This document shows, one piece after another, positions 28,332 through 38,557 of a DNA stretch of 64,000 bases (positions are counted from its first letter, which is position 1; each line of letters starts with the position of its first letter). The notes beneath the pieces were generated by a model that worked only from the letters and a program-made list of their open reading frames with translations, was not told the DNA's origin and ran no database searches. Position numbers and translations under genes: made by a program. The stretch is from Alphaproteobacteria bacterium. Its GTDB lineage: Bacteria; Pseudomonadota; Alphaproteobacteria; Rs-D84. The stretch is taken from assembly GCA_033345155.1 (NCBI GenBank), contig JAWPOG010000045.1, positions 5,795-69,794 on the forward strand. The letters are read 5' to 3'.

Positions 28332-29666
28332 ATGATAAAAATAACAATAGCAGGTCGTCCAAATACGGGCAAATCGACACTTTTCAATGCGCTGACGGGA
28401 ACGCGTGATGCGCTGGTTCATGACCGTCCTGGGGTCACGCGCGATACAATTTCGGGTGATTTTCGTGACCGCCCTTACAAGCTGTATGACACGGCTGGCT
28501 TGGAACGCGCCAATTCTGGTATTGCGCTGGATTCCACCAATATGGCGATTGATGCGGTATCGAACGCAGACGCTGTTTTGTTTGTGGTTGATGGTCGTGC
28601 TGGATTGACCAACGAAGACCTTGATTGGGCCAAACTGGTTCGCCGCAAAACACGCGCGCCAGTATTGTTGCTGGTAAACAAAAGCGAATCGGCAAAGCGC
28701 CTGGCTAATATCCATGATTTCTATAAATTGGGTTTTGGCGAACCTGTTTTGGTATCGGCCGAACACAAACGCGGTTTTGGCGAGATTTACGAATTTCTGG
28801 ATAAAATTGCAGGCGACGCCGCAAATGCGACTGTTCCTGAACGGTCGTCCGACAACCGCATTAAAATCGCAATCCTGGGCCAGCCAAATGTCGGCAAATC
28901 GACATTTGTAAATCGTGTTCTGGGCGAAAAGCGTCAAATCGTAATGGATGCGCCTGGTATTACCCGTGACACGGTAAAAATCCCGACCAAATTCTATGGA
29001 CGTGATATTGTTTTGATGGATACGGCGGGACTTCGTCGCAAGGCGGGGGTAACGGATGATGTTGAAACATTATCGGCATTAAAGTCGCTAGATGCGATTG
29101 ACAAAGCTGATGTTGTAATTTTAATGGTTGATGCCACCAGAAATATTGAAAATCAGGCCTTAGGAATCGCATCGCGCGTCTATAATGCGGGCAAGATTTT
29201 ATGCGTTGCTCTGAACAAATGGGATTTAGTGGAACCTGAAATTCGTGATGAAAAATTACTGAAATTAAAGCATCAATTTTCCAAATCTTTTCACCAGATT
29301 ATCAAGCCCATGATTTTGGCGGTATCTGCTGAAACGGGTACTGGTGTCCAGAATATGTTTCGTCGCATTTATGAACAGTGGGATATCTCAAATGCCCAGG
29401 CGCCAACCAGTTTGATAAATCGGATTGTTGAAAAATTGGTCGCAGACCGTCAGCCGCCTTTGTCGCGACTAAAGCGCCCAATGAAGATTAAGTTTGCCCG
29501 TCAAACAGGCCGTCATCCAATGCGTATCACAATAAATGTTGGTGGTGCGTCTGATATCCCAGAATCATATACTCGTTATTTGCGTCGTGGGTTGGCAACT
29601 GCACTGAAATGGGAACATTTGCCAATTGTGATTGAATACGAAAAATCTGAAAATCCATACGATTAA
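28332..29666 (+). CDS. der: Ribosome biogenesis GTPase Der (EngA)
   Basis: Two G domains: GRPNTGKS/PGVTRD/DTAG and GQPNVGKS/PGITRD/DTAG/NKWD. Confidence 0.97.
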   Translation: MIKITIAGRPNTGKSTLFNALTGTRDALVHDRPGVTRDTISGDFRDRPYKLYDTAGLERANSGIALDSTNMAIDAVSNADAVLFVVDGRAGLTNEDLDWAKLVRRKTRAPVLLLVNKSESAKRLANIHDFYKLGFGEPVLVSAEHKRGFGEIYEFLDKIAGDAANATVPERSSDNRIKIAILGQPNVGKSTFVNRVLGEKRQIVMDAPGITRDTVKIPTKFYGRDIVLMDTAGLRRKAGVTDDVETLSALKSLDAIDKADVVILMVDATRNIENQALGIASRVYNAGKILCVALNKWDLVEPEIRDEKLLKLKHQFSKSFHQIIKPMILAVSAETGTGVQNMFRRIYEQWDISNAQAPTSLINRIVEKLVADRQPPLSRLKRPMKIKFARQTGRHPMRITINVGGASDIPESYTRYLRRGLATALKWEHLPIVIEYEKSENPYD

Positions 29667-29774
29667 TCCCCTTCGTCTGGCGAAGGGGTGGCGCGAATGC
29701 GCCGGGGTAGTGGTAAAATAAGGACGAATTATGAAATTACCTGTAAATAATCCCCTTCGCCAGCGAAGGGGATT
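29665..29774. repeat. Solo REP-like unit plus inverted partial copy
   Basis: CCCCTTCGTCTGGCGAAGGGG-TGGCGCGAATGCGCC-GGGGT (29668-29708) and AATCCCCTTCGCCAGCGAAGGGGATT (29749-29774). Confidence 0.8.
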
Positions 29775-30184
29775 TAGTTGCACTATTGTATTTCTCTTTC
29801 TGCTCTTAAAAACTATAATTCTCCCCAATCCCCAGTCCCACGGCCACACCAAATGCCCCAGGTCCCCATGTCCAGTGCTTTGTGCAGCAAAGATTCCAAT
29901 ACTGTTGCGTGTATTTGGTGCGAACATTGGGTTTGCGTATGTTGTCAGTGGCGATATAATCAGGCAAAAACATCAGTACGTGTTTCATGTGAAAAATTAT
30001 GCCACTTAAATGCCCGCATATCTATTTGATAAAAATCTTAAATATAGCATAAAACACATGACTAAACTATTTACAGAGCGCCAAAAAATTGATATAATCA
30101 CAATAAACATACATGCGTTGTGCATGGTGTTTGTGTATAGAAAGGTTGGGTTTCTGGGTTGTCCAGAACACAAGGAGAGTTTTT

Positions 30185-32377
30185 ATGAGAAATCAAAAAG
30201 TTGCGAATTCTGTAAAAAATGCGATTGGGACGGTCTTTTTGTTGACTGGTGCTTTTTTTGTATGTTCGACAATGTTGTCAATTCGTTCGGTTTTTGCAGA
30301 TCCGGTTGCGCCGGCAGACCCTGTTGCATCGCAGACAGGCCCCAGGTCCGATGGGGTGGTGCGTTCTGGTCGTGCCAATGCGCGCGCCAACGCAACACGT
30401 ACAACATCATCAAATCCATCTCGCACAACCAGATCACGCAGCACTGTTCAGCCTCGTGCGGTTTCTTCCCGCGCGAATGCGACTGTGGCGGGACGCACAA
30501 ATGTCTCGCCATCTCGCAATGTTGTTTCTCGTGCGAATGTGGTTGCGAATCGTGCGAACGCTTCAAATGTACGTTCGGTTCGTGCACGAACTGCTACGAC
30601 GGATGCAACAAACGCTTCGCGTATTTCATTGCAGGGTAATGCTATTCGTGGGTCCAAGCTGTCCACTACGGGGGGTGTGACTTCCACTTATTCGTATCTC
30701 AGCAGCAAATTGCGCACAGGCAACTATTCAAACATCATTGATGCATCCACCGGATTGATTTCTGCGGACGCGTTCAACAATTGTATGGAATCTTATTATA
30801 CCTGTATGGATGAAATTTGTACTGCACGTAATGCGGCCCAGCGTCGTTGTGCGTGCGCCGGTCGTGTCAGGGCATTCGCCGATGCCGAAACCGCGCTAGA
30901 GACCGCTAACGAAGAATTGATTAAGGTTTCTGGTGAATTGGCTTTGTTGGTTGCGAACAAGGGCAAGGATATTTCCGATGCTTTCCAGTTAACGGACGCA
31001 GAAAAGGTTTTGAATTGTGTTTCATGGCAAGAAGTGACAGGTAAATATGGTCTGTCTTCTGAAGAGGCTGTAGACTGGTGCTATAATCACGGTTTTTATG
31101 GCAGTAATGGTGGCAAGGTTTCTTCGTGTGCAAAGCCATCATATTGTTCAGAATCCGGTAATAATTTTGGGTTTGATGTGACAAATCTTGATGGCAACAG
31201 TACTGATATCCTTGCGTCATTACAATCGTGGGCCGACGCCAAGGAACAGACAATAACCATCCTTGACCAAGATGAAGATGGTTTGTTGGCATCTTTTGAG
31301 AACCTGTCGTCTGTAATCAGCGGACTGGCCGGCATTGGCGGTACATTAGATTCATCAGACGATTTAAAGGACAGCCTGGCCGAGACCTGGGGCTATGAAT
31401 TGTTTGAATATGCGCATAATAATGTTTGCGCACGTGTTTTGGATTCTTGTTTTAACGGCATTTACGAGGCTTGTGGAACCCCGCCATCTGGCACCAAGTG
31501 CAGCAGTGGTACGGCCCAATGTCCATATAATTATAACAGCAAGATAAGCGTAAACAATTCTGGTACATACGAATTGAACTTTGTGACACCGTCCAGTGGT
31601 TATTCGGCAACAAATTCTGCAGCTTGTTTTGGTTATGCATCCACATCAGGTGACCCTTATTCAAGTTTGCGCGGTCCTGTTGCAGACGCTCGTCGCAGTA
31701 TTATGCAGAAATACGCATTGGATGCAAATGCAGATTGCGATGCTTATGGCGAACAGTTGCGTGCCACGGCCCAGAACATTGGTTATCAAAAGGTTGCAGC
31801 GCAACAGGCCCTGCAGCAAAAGCGTCTGGAATTTGCAAACGAAGAACGTGACACAATCCTGGCCAATGCGTTGCAGGCAGGAACAAATTTTGAAGCGTGT
31901 ATCAGTGAACTGTACGAATGTTATGATGCCCAGCTAGACAGTCACGGCCCAGGCAAGAATACTGTTTGGACGGTATCTCGTATCCGCACATATTGCGCCC
32001 AGGTTGCAAATGTTCCTTCTTGCTATGAAGAAATGATATGCACGCCATCTTCGGCTCAGTTCAAGGCGGTTGTCGATGTTGCTGACAAAAGCAATTGTTT
32101 CAGCAGTCAGGACTACACAACAAACACCTGTCGTAACATTGTAACCCTGAACGAGATTATCAATGGTACAGGTGCAATAGGTGACGAAGTCAATGATATC
32201 AACAATTTGATTTTGGCTGGCACATTATACAATAACAACAGCAATGTTAATTCCGCTGCTTTGCGTGAATATTGCTTGCGCGATGCAATCGGTCTTGACG
32301 AAAATGACGAGGTTGCAATCCGAACATGGCTAAAAACAGAATGGGATAATATGCAGGCCGCAGCAAATGAACAGTAA
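30185..32377 (+). CDS. Large secreted Cys-rich hypothetical protein with an Arg/Ser/Thr/Ala-rich N-terminal region
   Basis: AAGGAG RBS, signal/TM segment, low-complexity RSxxxR repeats, CMESYYTCMDEIC..RCAC and many further Cys. Confidence 0.85.
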   Translation: MRNQKVANSVKNAIGTVFLLTGAFFVCSTMLSIRSVFADPVAPADPVASQTGPRSDGVVRSGRANARANATRTTSSNPSRTTRSRSTVQPRAVSSRANATVAGRTNVSPSRNVVSRANVVANRANASNVRSVRARTATTDATNASRISLQGNAIRGSKLSTTGGVTSTYSYLSSKLRTGNYSNIIDASTGLISADAFNNCMESYYTCMDEICTARNAAQRRCACAGRVRAFADAETALETANEELIKVSGELALLVANKGKDISDAFQLTDAEKVLNCVSWQEVTGKYGLSSEEAVDWCYNHGFYGSNGGKVSSCAKPSYCSESGNNFGFDVTNLDGNSTDILASLQSWADAKEQTITILDQDEDGLLASFENLSSVISGLAGIGGTLDSSDDLKDSLAETWGYELFEYAHNNVCARVLDSCFNGIYEACGTPPSGTKCSSGTAQCPYNYNSKISVNNSGTYELNFVTPSSGYSATNSAACFGYASTSGDPYSSLRGPVADARRSIMQKYALDANADCDAYGEQLRATAQNIGYQKVAAQQALQQKRLEFANEERDTILANALQAGTNFEACISELYECYDAQLDSHGPGKNTVWTVSRIRTYCAQVANVPSCYEEMICTPSSAQFKAVVDVADKSNCFSSQDYTTNTCRNIVTLNEIINGTGAIGDEVNDINNLILAGTLYNNNSNVNSAALREYCLRDAIGLDENDEVAIRTWLKTEWDNMQAAANEQ

Positions 32378-32407
32378 AATAAAAATCCCGCATTTGCGGG
32401 ATTTTTT
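32378..32407. terminator. Bidirectional intrinsic terminator
   Basis: AAAAATCCCGCA-TT-TGCGGGATTTTT. Confidence 0.8.
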
Positions 32408-32930
32408 ATTTGATTATTATTGGTGACCACGAACTGGTGTCAATGTTTTTCAAATCTGTGGGCATGCTGGATGTAACCAGCAGATTCCAGTTCTGGGTGC
32501 GACCGAATGGTCCAAGTTTTCCGCGCACATTTAATACGCCTGGTTTGTCCTGCCAGATTACACAGGAATAAGCCTTGCCAGATGTCGGATCCATAACTTT
32601 TCCGTCATTGTATTCATTTTCATCTGCGTCCCATTTCATATCCCAAATAATGTCCAGCCCTGTCATTTTTGGGGCGCCTTTTACATTGTCGGCAATGTGG
32701 GTTGGATTGGCCAGTGTTTCGGAAATCTTGCCATCTGCCCCATACAGAGCGATAATGCGTCCTGCGATATTTTTATCCTTGCCATCGTTATATTCATACA
32801 GCGCAACAATCGATTTGGGTGTATTTGTCTGGTCGTCAATTGTCTGATATATACCAACAAATGGCGATGATGCATTTGCCAGTACTGGCATAAACACACA
32901 CGCGGCCACAGATAAAAGTCTTATATTCAT
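32406..32930 (-). CDS. DUF2147 family secreted protein
   Basis: Signal peptide, GIYQTIDD..PKSIV, GKVMDPTSGKAY, LNVRG..GPFGRTQNW. Confidence 0.85.
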   Translation of the reverse strand: MNIRLLSVAACVFMPVLANASSPFVGIYQTIDDQTNTPKSIVALYEYNDGKDKNIAGRIIALYGADGKISETLANPTHIADNVKGAPKMTGLDIIWDMKWDADENEYNDGKVMDPTSGKAYSCVIWQDKPGVLNVRGKLGPFGRTQNWNLLVTSSMPTDLKNIDTSSWSPIIIK

Positions 32931-33086
32931 ATTCCTTTCCTTTTTGATTTTATTCCTAGACGAACAGGGTATAATTTATCTTAAATAAAAAAGTTTTACA
33001 ACGGTTCTTATAGTAACTTGACAAACGGTTGGTTCGTGTTATTCTGATGGTAAAATTAAGAAGTAAGATTTATACGGTGTTATAAA

Positions 33087-33440
33087 ATGGATATGGAATT
33101 AATAGATTTTATTCGCGGTGTGTTGATATCCGGCGGTGTGTGTGTCTATTCTGACGAAACCGGAAATATAAAAGAATACACTGCGCCTATGTCTGAATCA
33201 CAATTTGTGAATTTGTCTCGAATGGTTTTATCATCAACGCCCCAAGAAACCAGGGCTAAATACACAGTTTGCGTTGGTGATATAGCGATGACAGAAATTG
33301 TTATTTCCAGCAAGAAAAGGATTTTTACACCCGAAGAACAGGCGATTTTAGGGCTGTTCAATTTATGTGCCAAGCAGGTTATCGCCCAGGAAATGCGCGC
33401 AATTATGAATATGGCCACAGGAAAGGTGTATCACTGTTAA
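33087..33440 (+). CDS. Hypothetical protein
   Basis: 117-aa ORF downstream of a TTGACA...TATTCT promoter-like site, fills the gap. Confidence 0.6.
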   Translation: MDMELIDFIRGVLISGGVCVYSDETGNIKEYTAPMSESQFVNLSRMVLSSTPQETRAKYTVCVGDIAMTEIVISSKKRIFTPEEQAILGLFNLCAKQVIAQEMRAIMNMATGKVYHC

Positions 33441-33442
33441 GA

Positions 33443-34165
33443 CTAGATTGCGCGCGCCACACGACAAAATGTTACGCCGTAAACAGCTGTTGCGCCCGCC
33501 TGAATCAGCACTCGTCTCAGTTCGGAAAATGTTGCGCCAGTTGTCATAACATCATCGACCAGTAAAATCCGTTTACCTCGAATTTTATCAGGCCTGGTAA
33601 CCCAGAAGCATCCACGAATATTTTCTGCGCGTTCGCGTGCATTTTTATGTCCCATATCATCACGATATTTACGATGAACTGAATCCAAATCCATTTTTAT
33701 ACCTGTGGCCTTGGCGATTGGTCGTGCCAATAATGTGGCCTGGTTGTATCCACGTTTGAACAGCCTGCGATTTGCCAAAGGCACCGGCATAATAACATCT
33801 GCGTCTATTTGAATATCGTGCAAAGCCAATATCATTGCACGTGCCATAAAACGCGCATAGCGGATTTTTCCACCATGCTTAAACGGCAACATGGCCGCAC
33901 GTGACGCATCATCATACACGCACGCAGACCGTATCCAGTCCAATTCAGATTTTCCAGCCGCACAAACCGGACACAGTGGCATGCCACCCAAATCCAAATC
34001 TGCTGGGAACGGATATCCGCATTTGACGCATTTTGGGTTGTTAATCCAGTTCAACTTGGTCCAACATGTTGCGCATAATTCGCCGTGTGTTAAAACCGGC
34101 GTATCACACAAAGGACACGCCGGCGGAAATATAAAACTGGTTAAATCAGACAGTATTTTTACCAC
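33443..34165 (-). CDS. comF: ComF family protein (double zinc ribbon plus phosphoribosyltransferase)
   Basis: CPLC/CATC/CVKC/CPVC, PVPL..RGYNQ, LLVDDVMTTGAT. Confidence 0.92.
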   Translation of the reverse strand: MVKILSDLTSFIFPPACPLCDTPVLTHGELCATCWTKLNWINNPKCVKCGYPFPADLDLGGMPLCPVCAAGKSELDWIRSACVYDDASRAAMLPFKHGGKIRYARFMARAMILALHDIQIDADVIMPVPLANRRLFKRGYNQATLLARPIAKATGIKMDLDSVHRKYRDDMGHKNARERAENIRGCFWVTRPDKIRGKRILLVDDVMTTGATFSELRRVLIQAGATAVYGVTFCRVARAI

Positions 34166-35355
34166 GACATTCTGGACGCTTGGTTATCTGTGTCACCACC
34201 AAAGATATCACGTTGTTGTTGGGACAGTGTCTCGTACTGGTCGCTGGAAATAATACGCAGGGTCAAGCCAGAATCTGTATCATTCGATAACACAGGTATA
34301 ATATGTTGCTGGGAAACCCCGTTATCGATAAGTGCCTGTTCCACAATTGCCAAACGGCGGGCTGCTAATTTGCGTCCATTTTTTGTTTTGGTCATTCTTT
34401 TTGGAATCCCCAGCTGAATCGCGCGTGTTGGTTTTCTGACCACGATACCTGCGTACTCCATCAACAGATTGTAATTGTCACGTGACAATGCAGAATCATC
34501 GTTACGAAATTTGATTTTTATTTCCAGTGGACGAATTCTGTTTTCTTCGGACAGATCGCGTTGCGATGAAAAACGAGCAACCGTTGCAGACATATTGCTG
34601 GCCACATCAAATTCATCATCTGGATAGGTTGACAAGTGTTTGTTTTCTGACAAGAAAGTCTTTCTGAATGCCTGACGCAGTTCTGCTGGATTCATATTTG
34701 TCATATCGTCACGCGCCATGATGATTCGCGGTGTGTTTTTCTTTTTAACATCGCGCACAATAACATCCTTGTTTTTAATTGATGCTGTGCGTTGAGTGGA
34801 TTTGCCTTGTGTTTTTGTCTTTGTTGCGGCGACAATCTCGCCAGATGCGTTTCGTGCGCTTGTGCGTTTTTGCAATTGTTTTGGCGATTCGACCTGGTTG
34901 TTATTTTTCGCCATTGGCGTCAAGACCGGCGCAGGTACAGGTGCTGTGACAATTTTTTTACCAATGCTTTCTTCGGGCAACAGACTGTCTGAACGAATCA
35001 CCGAAAATTCATTTGCTGTTGGCATACGCAAAGCAAAATCATTTGTTGTACTGGTGCTGTTTTTTGCCCACAAATCATCGCTTGGTCGTTGTGGCAACAG
35101 CACATCATTAACCGTCAACAATTGTTCCCCAGTATCAACAGGTGTCGCCGTCATTGGCTTTTGTGCGGTTCGCGCAACCACAGTTCTTGTTCGTGTAGAT
35201 TCGGCGACCTTTGTATTTGTTTTTGCGACTTCTTCTCCGAATGCGCTGCGCGCAGAAACACCAGCGGATGCAATATTTACAACCGGCAAACGCGCCATCG
35301 CCACAGTTGGCATTACGACCAGAACTGATAATATACTAACTGTAATAAAACGCAT
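34159..35355 (-). CDS. Secreted protein with degenerate OmpA-like C-terminal domain
   Basis: Signal peptide; IKFRNDDSALS...KLAARRLAIVEQALIDNGVSQQHI resembles OmpA_C. Confidence 0.6.
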   Translation of the reverse strand: MRFITVSILSVLVVMPTVAMARLPVVNIASAGVSARSAFGEEVAKTNTKVAESTRTRTVVARTAQKPMTATPVDTGEQLLTVNDVLLPQRPSDDLWAKNSTSTTNDFALRMPTANEFSVIRSDSLLPEESIGKKIVTAPVPAPVLTPMAKNNNQVESPKQLQKRTSARNASGEIVAATKTKTQGKSTQRTASIKNKDVIVRDVKKKNTPRIIMARDDMTNMNPAELRQAFRKTFLSENKHLSTYPDDEFDVASNMSATVARFSSQRDLSEENRIRPLEIKIKFRNDDSALSRDNYNLLMEYAGIVVRKPTRAIQLGIPKRMTKTKNGRKLAARRLAIVEQALIDNGVSQQHIIPVLSNDTDSGLTLRIISSDQYETLSQQQRDIFGGDTDNQASRMSW

Positions 35356-35497
35356 GGTTTCCTTTCCTTCCATCCTTATCATATAACAAATGTCGAATCG
35401 CACGCAAGTGGAAAATGTTGTTTTAACGACAATACCTTGCATAAAAATAAATGACTGTTATAATTCAGGCGAACAATGAACCAAAGGACAAGTTTAT

Positions 35498-36094
35498 ATG
35501 TTGAAAAAAACGGATGTAGTCTTATTTGATTTTGATGGCACTTTATCGGGCCAGGATTCCAATGTTGCGTTTGCCCGTTATTGCTTTCGTCGCAGTATTC
35601 GTCCGTGGTTTTATTTGCCGTTGATTGGTGTTTGTGGGATTGTTCGTTGTTTTTGTCCAGATGGAATATGGTGGCGCGAAAATATTCGTCGTTTTATTAC
35701 ACCGCAAATGATTAAGAGATTTGCGCCTGGTTTTATCAAACAACACAAACGTGAACGATTTGGTTGGGCGCGCGACAGGGTTCGGGCCGAGCGTGACGCA
35801 GGCCGCAGGGTTTTACTGATTTCTGCCAGCCCAGATTATTTATTGCCTGCCTTGGTAAGGGATATGAAATTTGACGCGGTTTTTTGTTCAGTGACCAACA
35901 AGAAAAAGCCATGGAAATATGAATTTTTATGCTGGGGCAAAAACAAGGTCTTGGCGATGGATGAATGGGCATGCGAAAACAAAATGATTCCGCATGTGGT
36001 GCGTGCGTATTCGGACAGCAAATCGGATATGCCAATGATGGAAATCGCCGCCGAGCAGGTTTGGATTGATAAAAAAACGGGGCTAAGAAAATAG
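35498..36094 (+). CDS. HAD-IB family hydrolase/phosphatase
   Basis: FDFDGTL, LISAS, AYSDSKSDMPM. Confidence 0.9.
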   Translation: MLKKTDVVLFDFDGTLSGQDSNVAFARYCFRRSIRPWFYLPLIGVCGIVRCFCPDGIWWRENIRRFITPQMIKRFAPGFIKQHKRERFGWARDRVRAERDAGRRVLLISASPDYLLPALVRDMKFDAVFCSVTNKKKPWKYEFLCWGKNKVLAMDEWACENKMIPHVVRAYSDSKSDMPMMEIAAEQVWIDKKTGLRK

Positions 36095-36137
36095 TCCTGG
36101 TGCATTTTTTGTTCGACAATGTTAAAGTGTTTCTGTG

Positions 36138-36407
36138 ATGTTACTAGAAACACTTTTTGATTTATTCAGTGCGTCTACCGGTGCTATATGTGGTGCCTTG
36201 TTTGCATTTTTTTTGAATCACAGACGTAACAAATCAATGTCTTCCCAGTTGTTGGTCAGTCGTCAGACACTAGAAAAAATCAAACTGGAAAATGAATTTT
36301 TGTTAAAGCAAATTCATGACAAAGAAAATTTAATTTTGCGGATGCAGATGGAAATTCTGGGTAAAAAAGGTTCGGCAAAGACTAAAACAAAAAAATCTAA
36401 AAACTAA
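36138..36407 (+). CDS. Small hypothetical protein (TM helix plus coiled coil)
   Basis: ~90-aa ORF between the HAD gene and the mrcA promoter. Confidence 0.6.
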   Translation: MLLETLFDLFSASTGAICGALFAFFLNHRRNKSMSSQLLVSRQTLEKIKLENEFLLKQIHDKENLILRMQMEILGKKGSAKTKTKKSKN

Positions 36408-36449
36408 ATATTTGCAAACGGCTTTTTTTTATCCTAGAATTTACCTGTT

Positions 36450-38489
36450 ATGAAATTTAAAAAGTTTTTGCGCATATTATTGAATATCTTTTTTTGGATT
36501 TTCGTCGCATGTATCGCGACACTGGCGATATTGATTTTGATTTATGGTAATGATTTGCCAGACTATAAAAAGTTGGCGACATATGCGCCGCCTGTTGCAA
36601 CCCGACTGTATGCATCTGATGGTTCTTTGTTGCAAGAATACGCCGAAGAGCGTCGTGTGTTCATTGATTATGATGATATGCCACCAATGCTGGTAAACGC
36701 CTTCATTGCGGCCGAGGATCAAAATTTCTGGACTCATCCAGGTATTGATGTTCAGGGCATAACCCGCGCGTTGGCGAACAACGCATTGCGTGTATTTGGA
36801 TACGACACAACGTTGTCTGGCGCATCAACCATAACCCAACAGGTTGCCAAGAATTTCTTTTTGACATCCGAACGCACGATTTCCAGAAAAATAAAAGAAG
36901 CTATACTGGCTTTGCGGCTGGAACGCAGTTTTTCCAAGCAACATATTTTAACCTTGTATATGAATCAGATATTTTTGGGTGCGCGTGCTTATGGTGTTGG
37001 ATCGGCGGCATTGATGTATTTTAACAAACCGGTATCAGATTTAACATTGGCGGAATGTGCATTTTTGGCCTCTTTGCCCAAGAGTCCAAATGACAGCGCC
37101 CGTGCTATGGATCGTCGCAACTATGTGTTGCGCCGCATGGTCGAAGAAGGCTATATAACCCAAGCCCAGGCTGATGCCACCGTCACCGAAGAATTAAATA
37201 TCAACAGTGGTTTTACCGCCCAAATGGAAGAAGATTTCCAATATTTTGCCGAAGATGTTCGCCGTCAGTTACTGGGTGTGTTGGGACGCGAAACCTTGTA
37301 TAACCAAGGATTGTACATAAAAACAACAATTGTTCCCGAATTGCAACGCGCCGCCGCCGCCGCCCTGAAAAAAGAATTGGACGCATATAATGCCGGTCGT
37401 AGCGAAAAATTACAGGGCGCAATCATTGCTATGAATCCACACACAGGTCGCATTGTTGCGATGACCGGGGGTTACTCTTTTAGCGACAGTTCTTTTAACC
37501 GCGCAACCCAGGCGTATCGTCAAATTGGATCTACCATTAAACCATTTGTGTATCTTGCCGCATTGGAGCGCGGTTTCAGCCCCCAGACAATGATTCTGGA
37601 TGCGCCGATTGTTGGGTGGCGTGAAAACGACATGTTGTGGAAGCCTGAAAATTACGACAAAAAATTCCTGGGCGATGTTCCGTTGCGTCTGTCATTGGAA
37701 ACATCTCGCAATGTGCCAACGGTTCGTTTGGTGGAACAAATTGGCACGCAGAATGCGATTGAGGTTGCCCAACGTTTTGGTGTTTATCCGTCTGATATGC
37801 CCAATATAAATTTATCTATGGCATTGGGGTCCGGCGAGACGACGCTGGAAAAATTGGTATTGGGTTATTCTGCATTTGTAAATGGCGGTCATGCGATACA
37901 GCCTCGCTTGGTCGATTATGTCGAGGACAGATACGGACGCCTGATTGATGGCGCGCCGACCCAGATTATTCAATGGTCTGACGATTTGTTGCCACCCCAG
38001 AAAGAAAACGAATCTGAATTATTGTCAGATCCGCAAAGTTTATATCAAATCGTATCTATTTTACAGGGGGTGGTTGAACGTGGTACCGGCAAACAGGCGC
38101 GTGTTCCCGGTCATACAATTGCAGGTAAAACAGGCACATCTAACGATGTCAAAGATGTATGGTTTATCGGTTTTTCCAAGAATCTGATTGCCGGTGTCTA
38201 TTTGGGCTTTGATACACCAAAATCGTTGGGGGCAGGGGCGGGTTCTCATATGGCGTCGCGTGTTTTTTCTGATTTTATGAGTGTTGCCCTGGCCAATGAA
38301 AAGAATCAGCCTTTTGCGGTCCCTGATGGCATGACATTTATGCGTGTCAACCGTCGCAGTGGTGCATCTGCCACGGCCGATCCAAATGGCACAATTATTC
38401 AAGAGGTTTTCAAACCCGGGCAATTCCCAAATCCTGCACCACAGCAAAACACAATGAAATCCAGCGCGGTTGTTGGGGGTGTTTTCTAA
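36450..38489 (+). CDS. mrcA: Penicillin-binding protein 1A, compact
   Basis: AAEDQNF, GASTITQQVAKN, RKIKE transglycosylase motifs; STIK, SRN, KTG transpeptidase motifs. Confidence 0.93.
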   Translation: MKFKKFLRILLNIFFWIFVACIATLAILILIYGNDLPDYKKLATYAPPVATRLYASDGSLLQEYAEERRVFIDYDDMPPMLVNAFIAAEDQNFWTHPGIDVQGITRALANNALRVFGYDTTLSGASTITQQVAKNFFLTSERTISRKIKEAILALRLERSFSKQHILTLYMNQIFLGARAYGVGSAALMYFNKPVSDLTLAECAFLASLPKSPNDSARAMDRRNYVLRRMVEEGYITQAQADATVTEELNINSGFTAQMEEDFQYFAEDVRRQLLGVLGRETLYNQGLYIKTTIVPELQRAAAAALKKELDAYNAGRSEKLQGAIIAMNPHTGRIVAMTGGYSFSDSSFNRATQAYRQIGSTIKPFVYLAALERGFSPQTMILDAPIVGWRENDMLWKPENYDKKFLGDVPLRLSLETSRNVPTVRLVEQIGTQNAIEVAQRFGVYPSDMPNINLSMALGSGETTLEKLVLGYSAFVNGGHAIQPRLVDYVEDRYGRLIDGAPTQIIQWSDDLLPPQKENESELLSDPQSLYQIVSILQGVVERGTGKQARVPGHTIAGKTGTSNDVKDVWFIGFSKNLIAGVYLGFDTPKSLGAGAGSHMASRVFSDFMSVALANEKNQPFAVPDGMTFMRVNRRSGASATADPNGTIIQEVFKPGQFPNPAPQQNTMKSSAVVGGVF

Positions 38490-38557
38490 ATTGTATAATA
38501 ACATTTGTATATCGCGTCTTTTGTGATAAAATGGCAGTATAAGGAAAGGATTTTTTT

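Noticed and set aside
29565-30639. Several 60-209 aa ORFs in and after the der downstream gap
   Set aside because: They overlap repeats or the real 30185 gene in other frames and lack an RBS or motifs.
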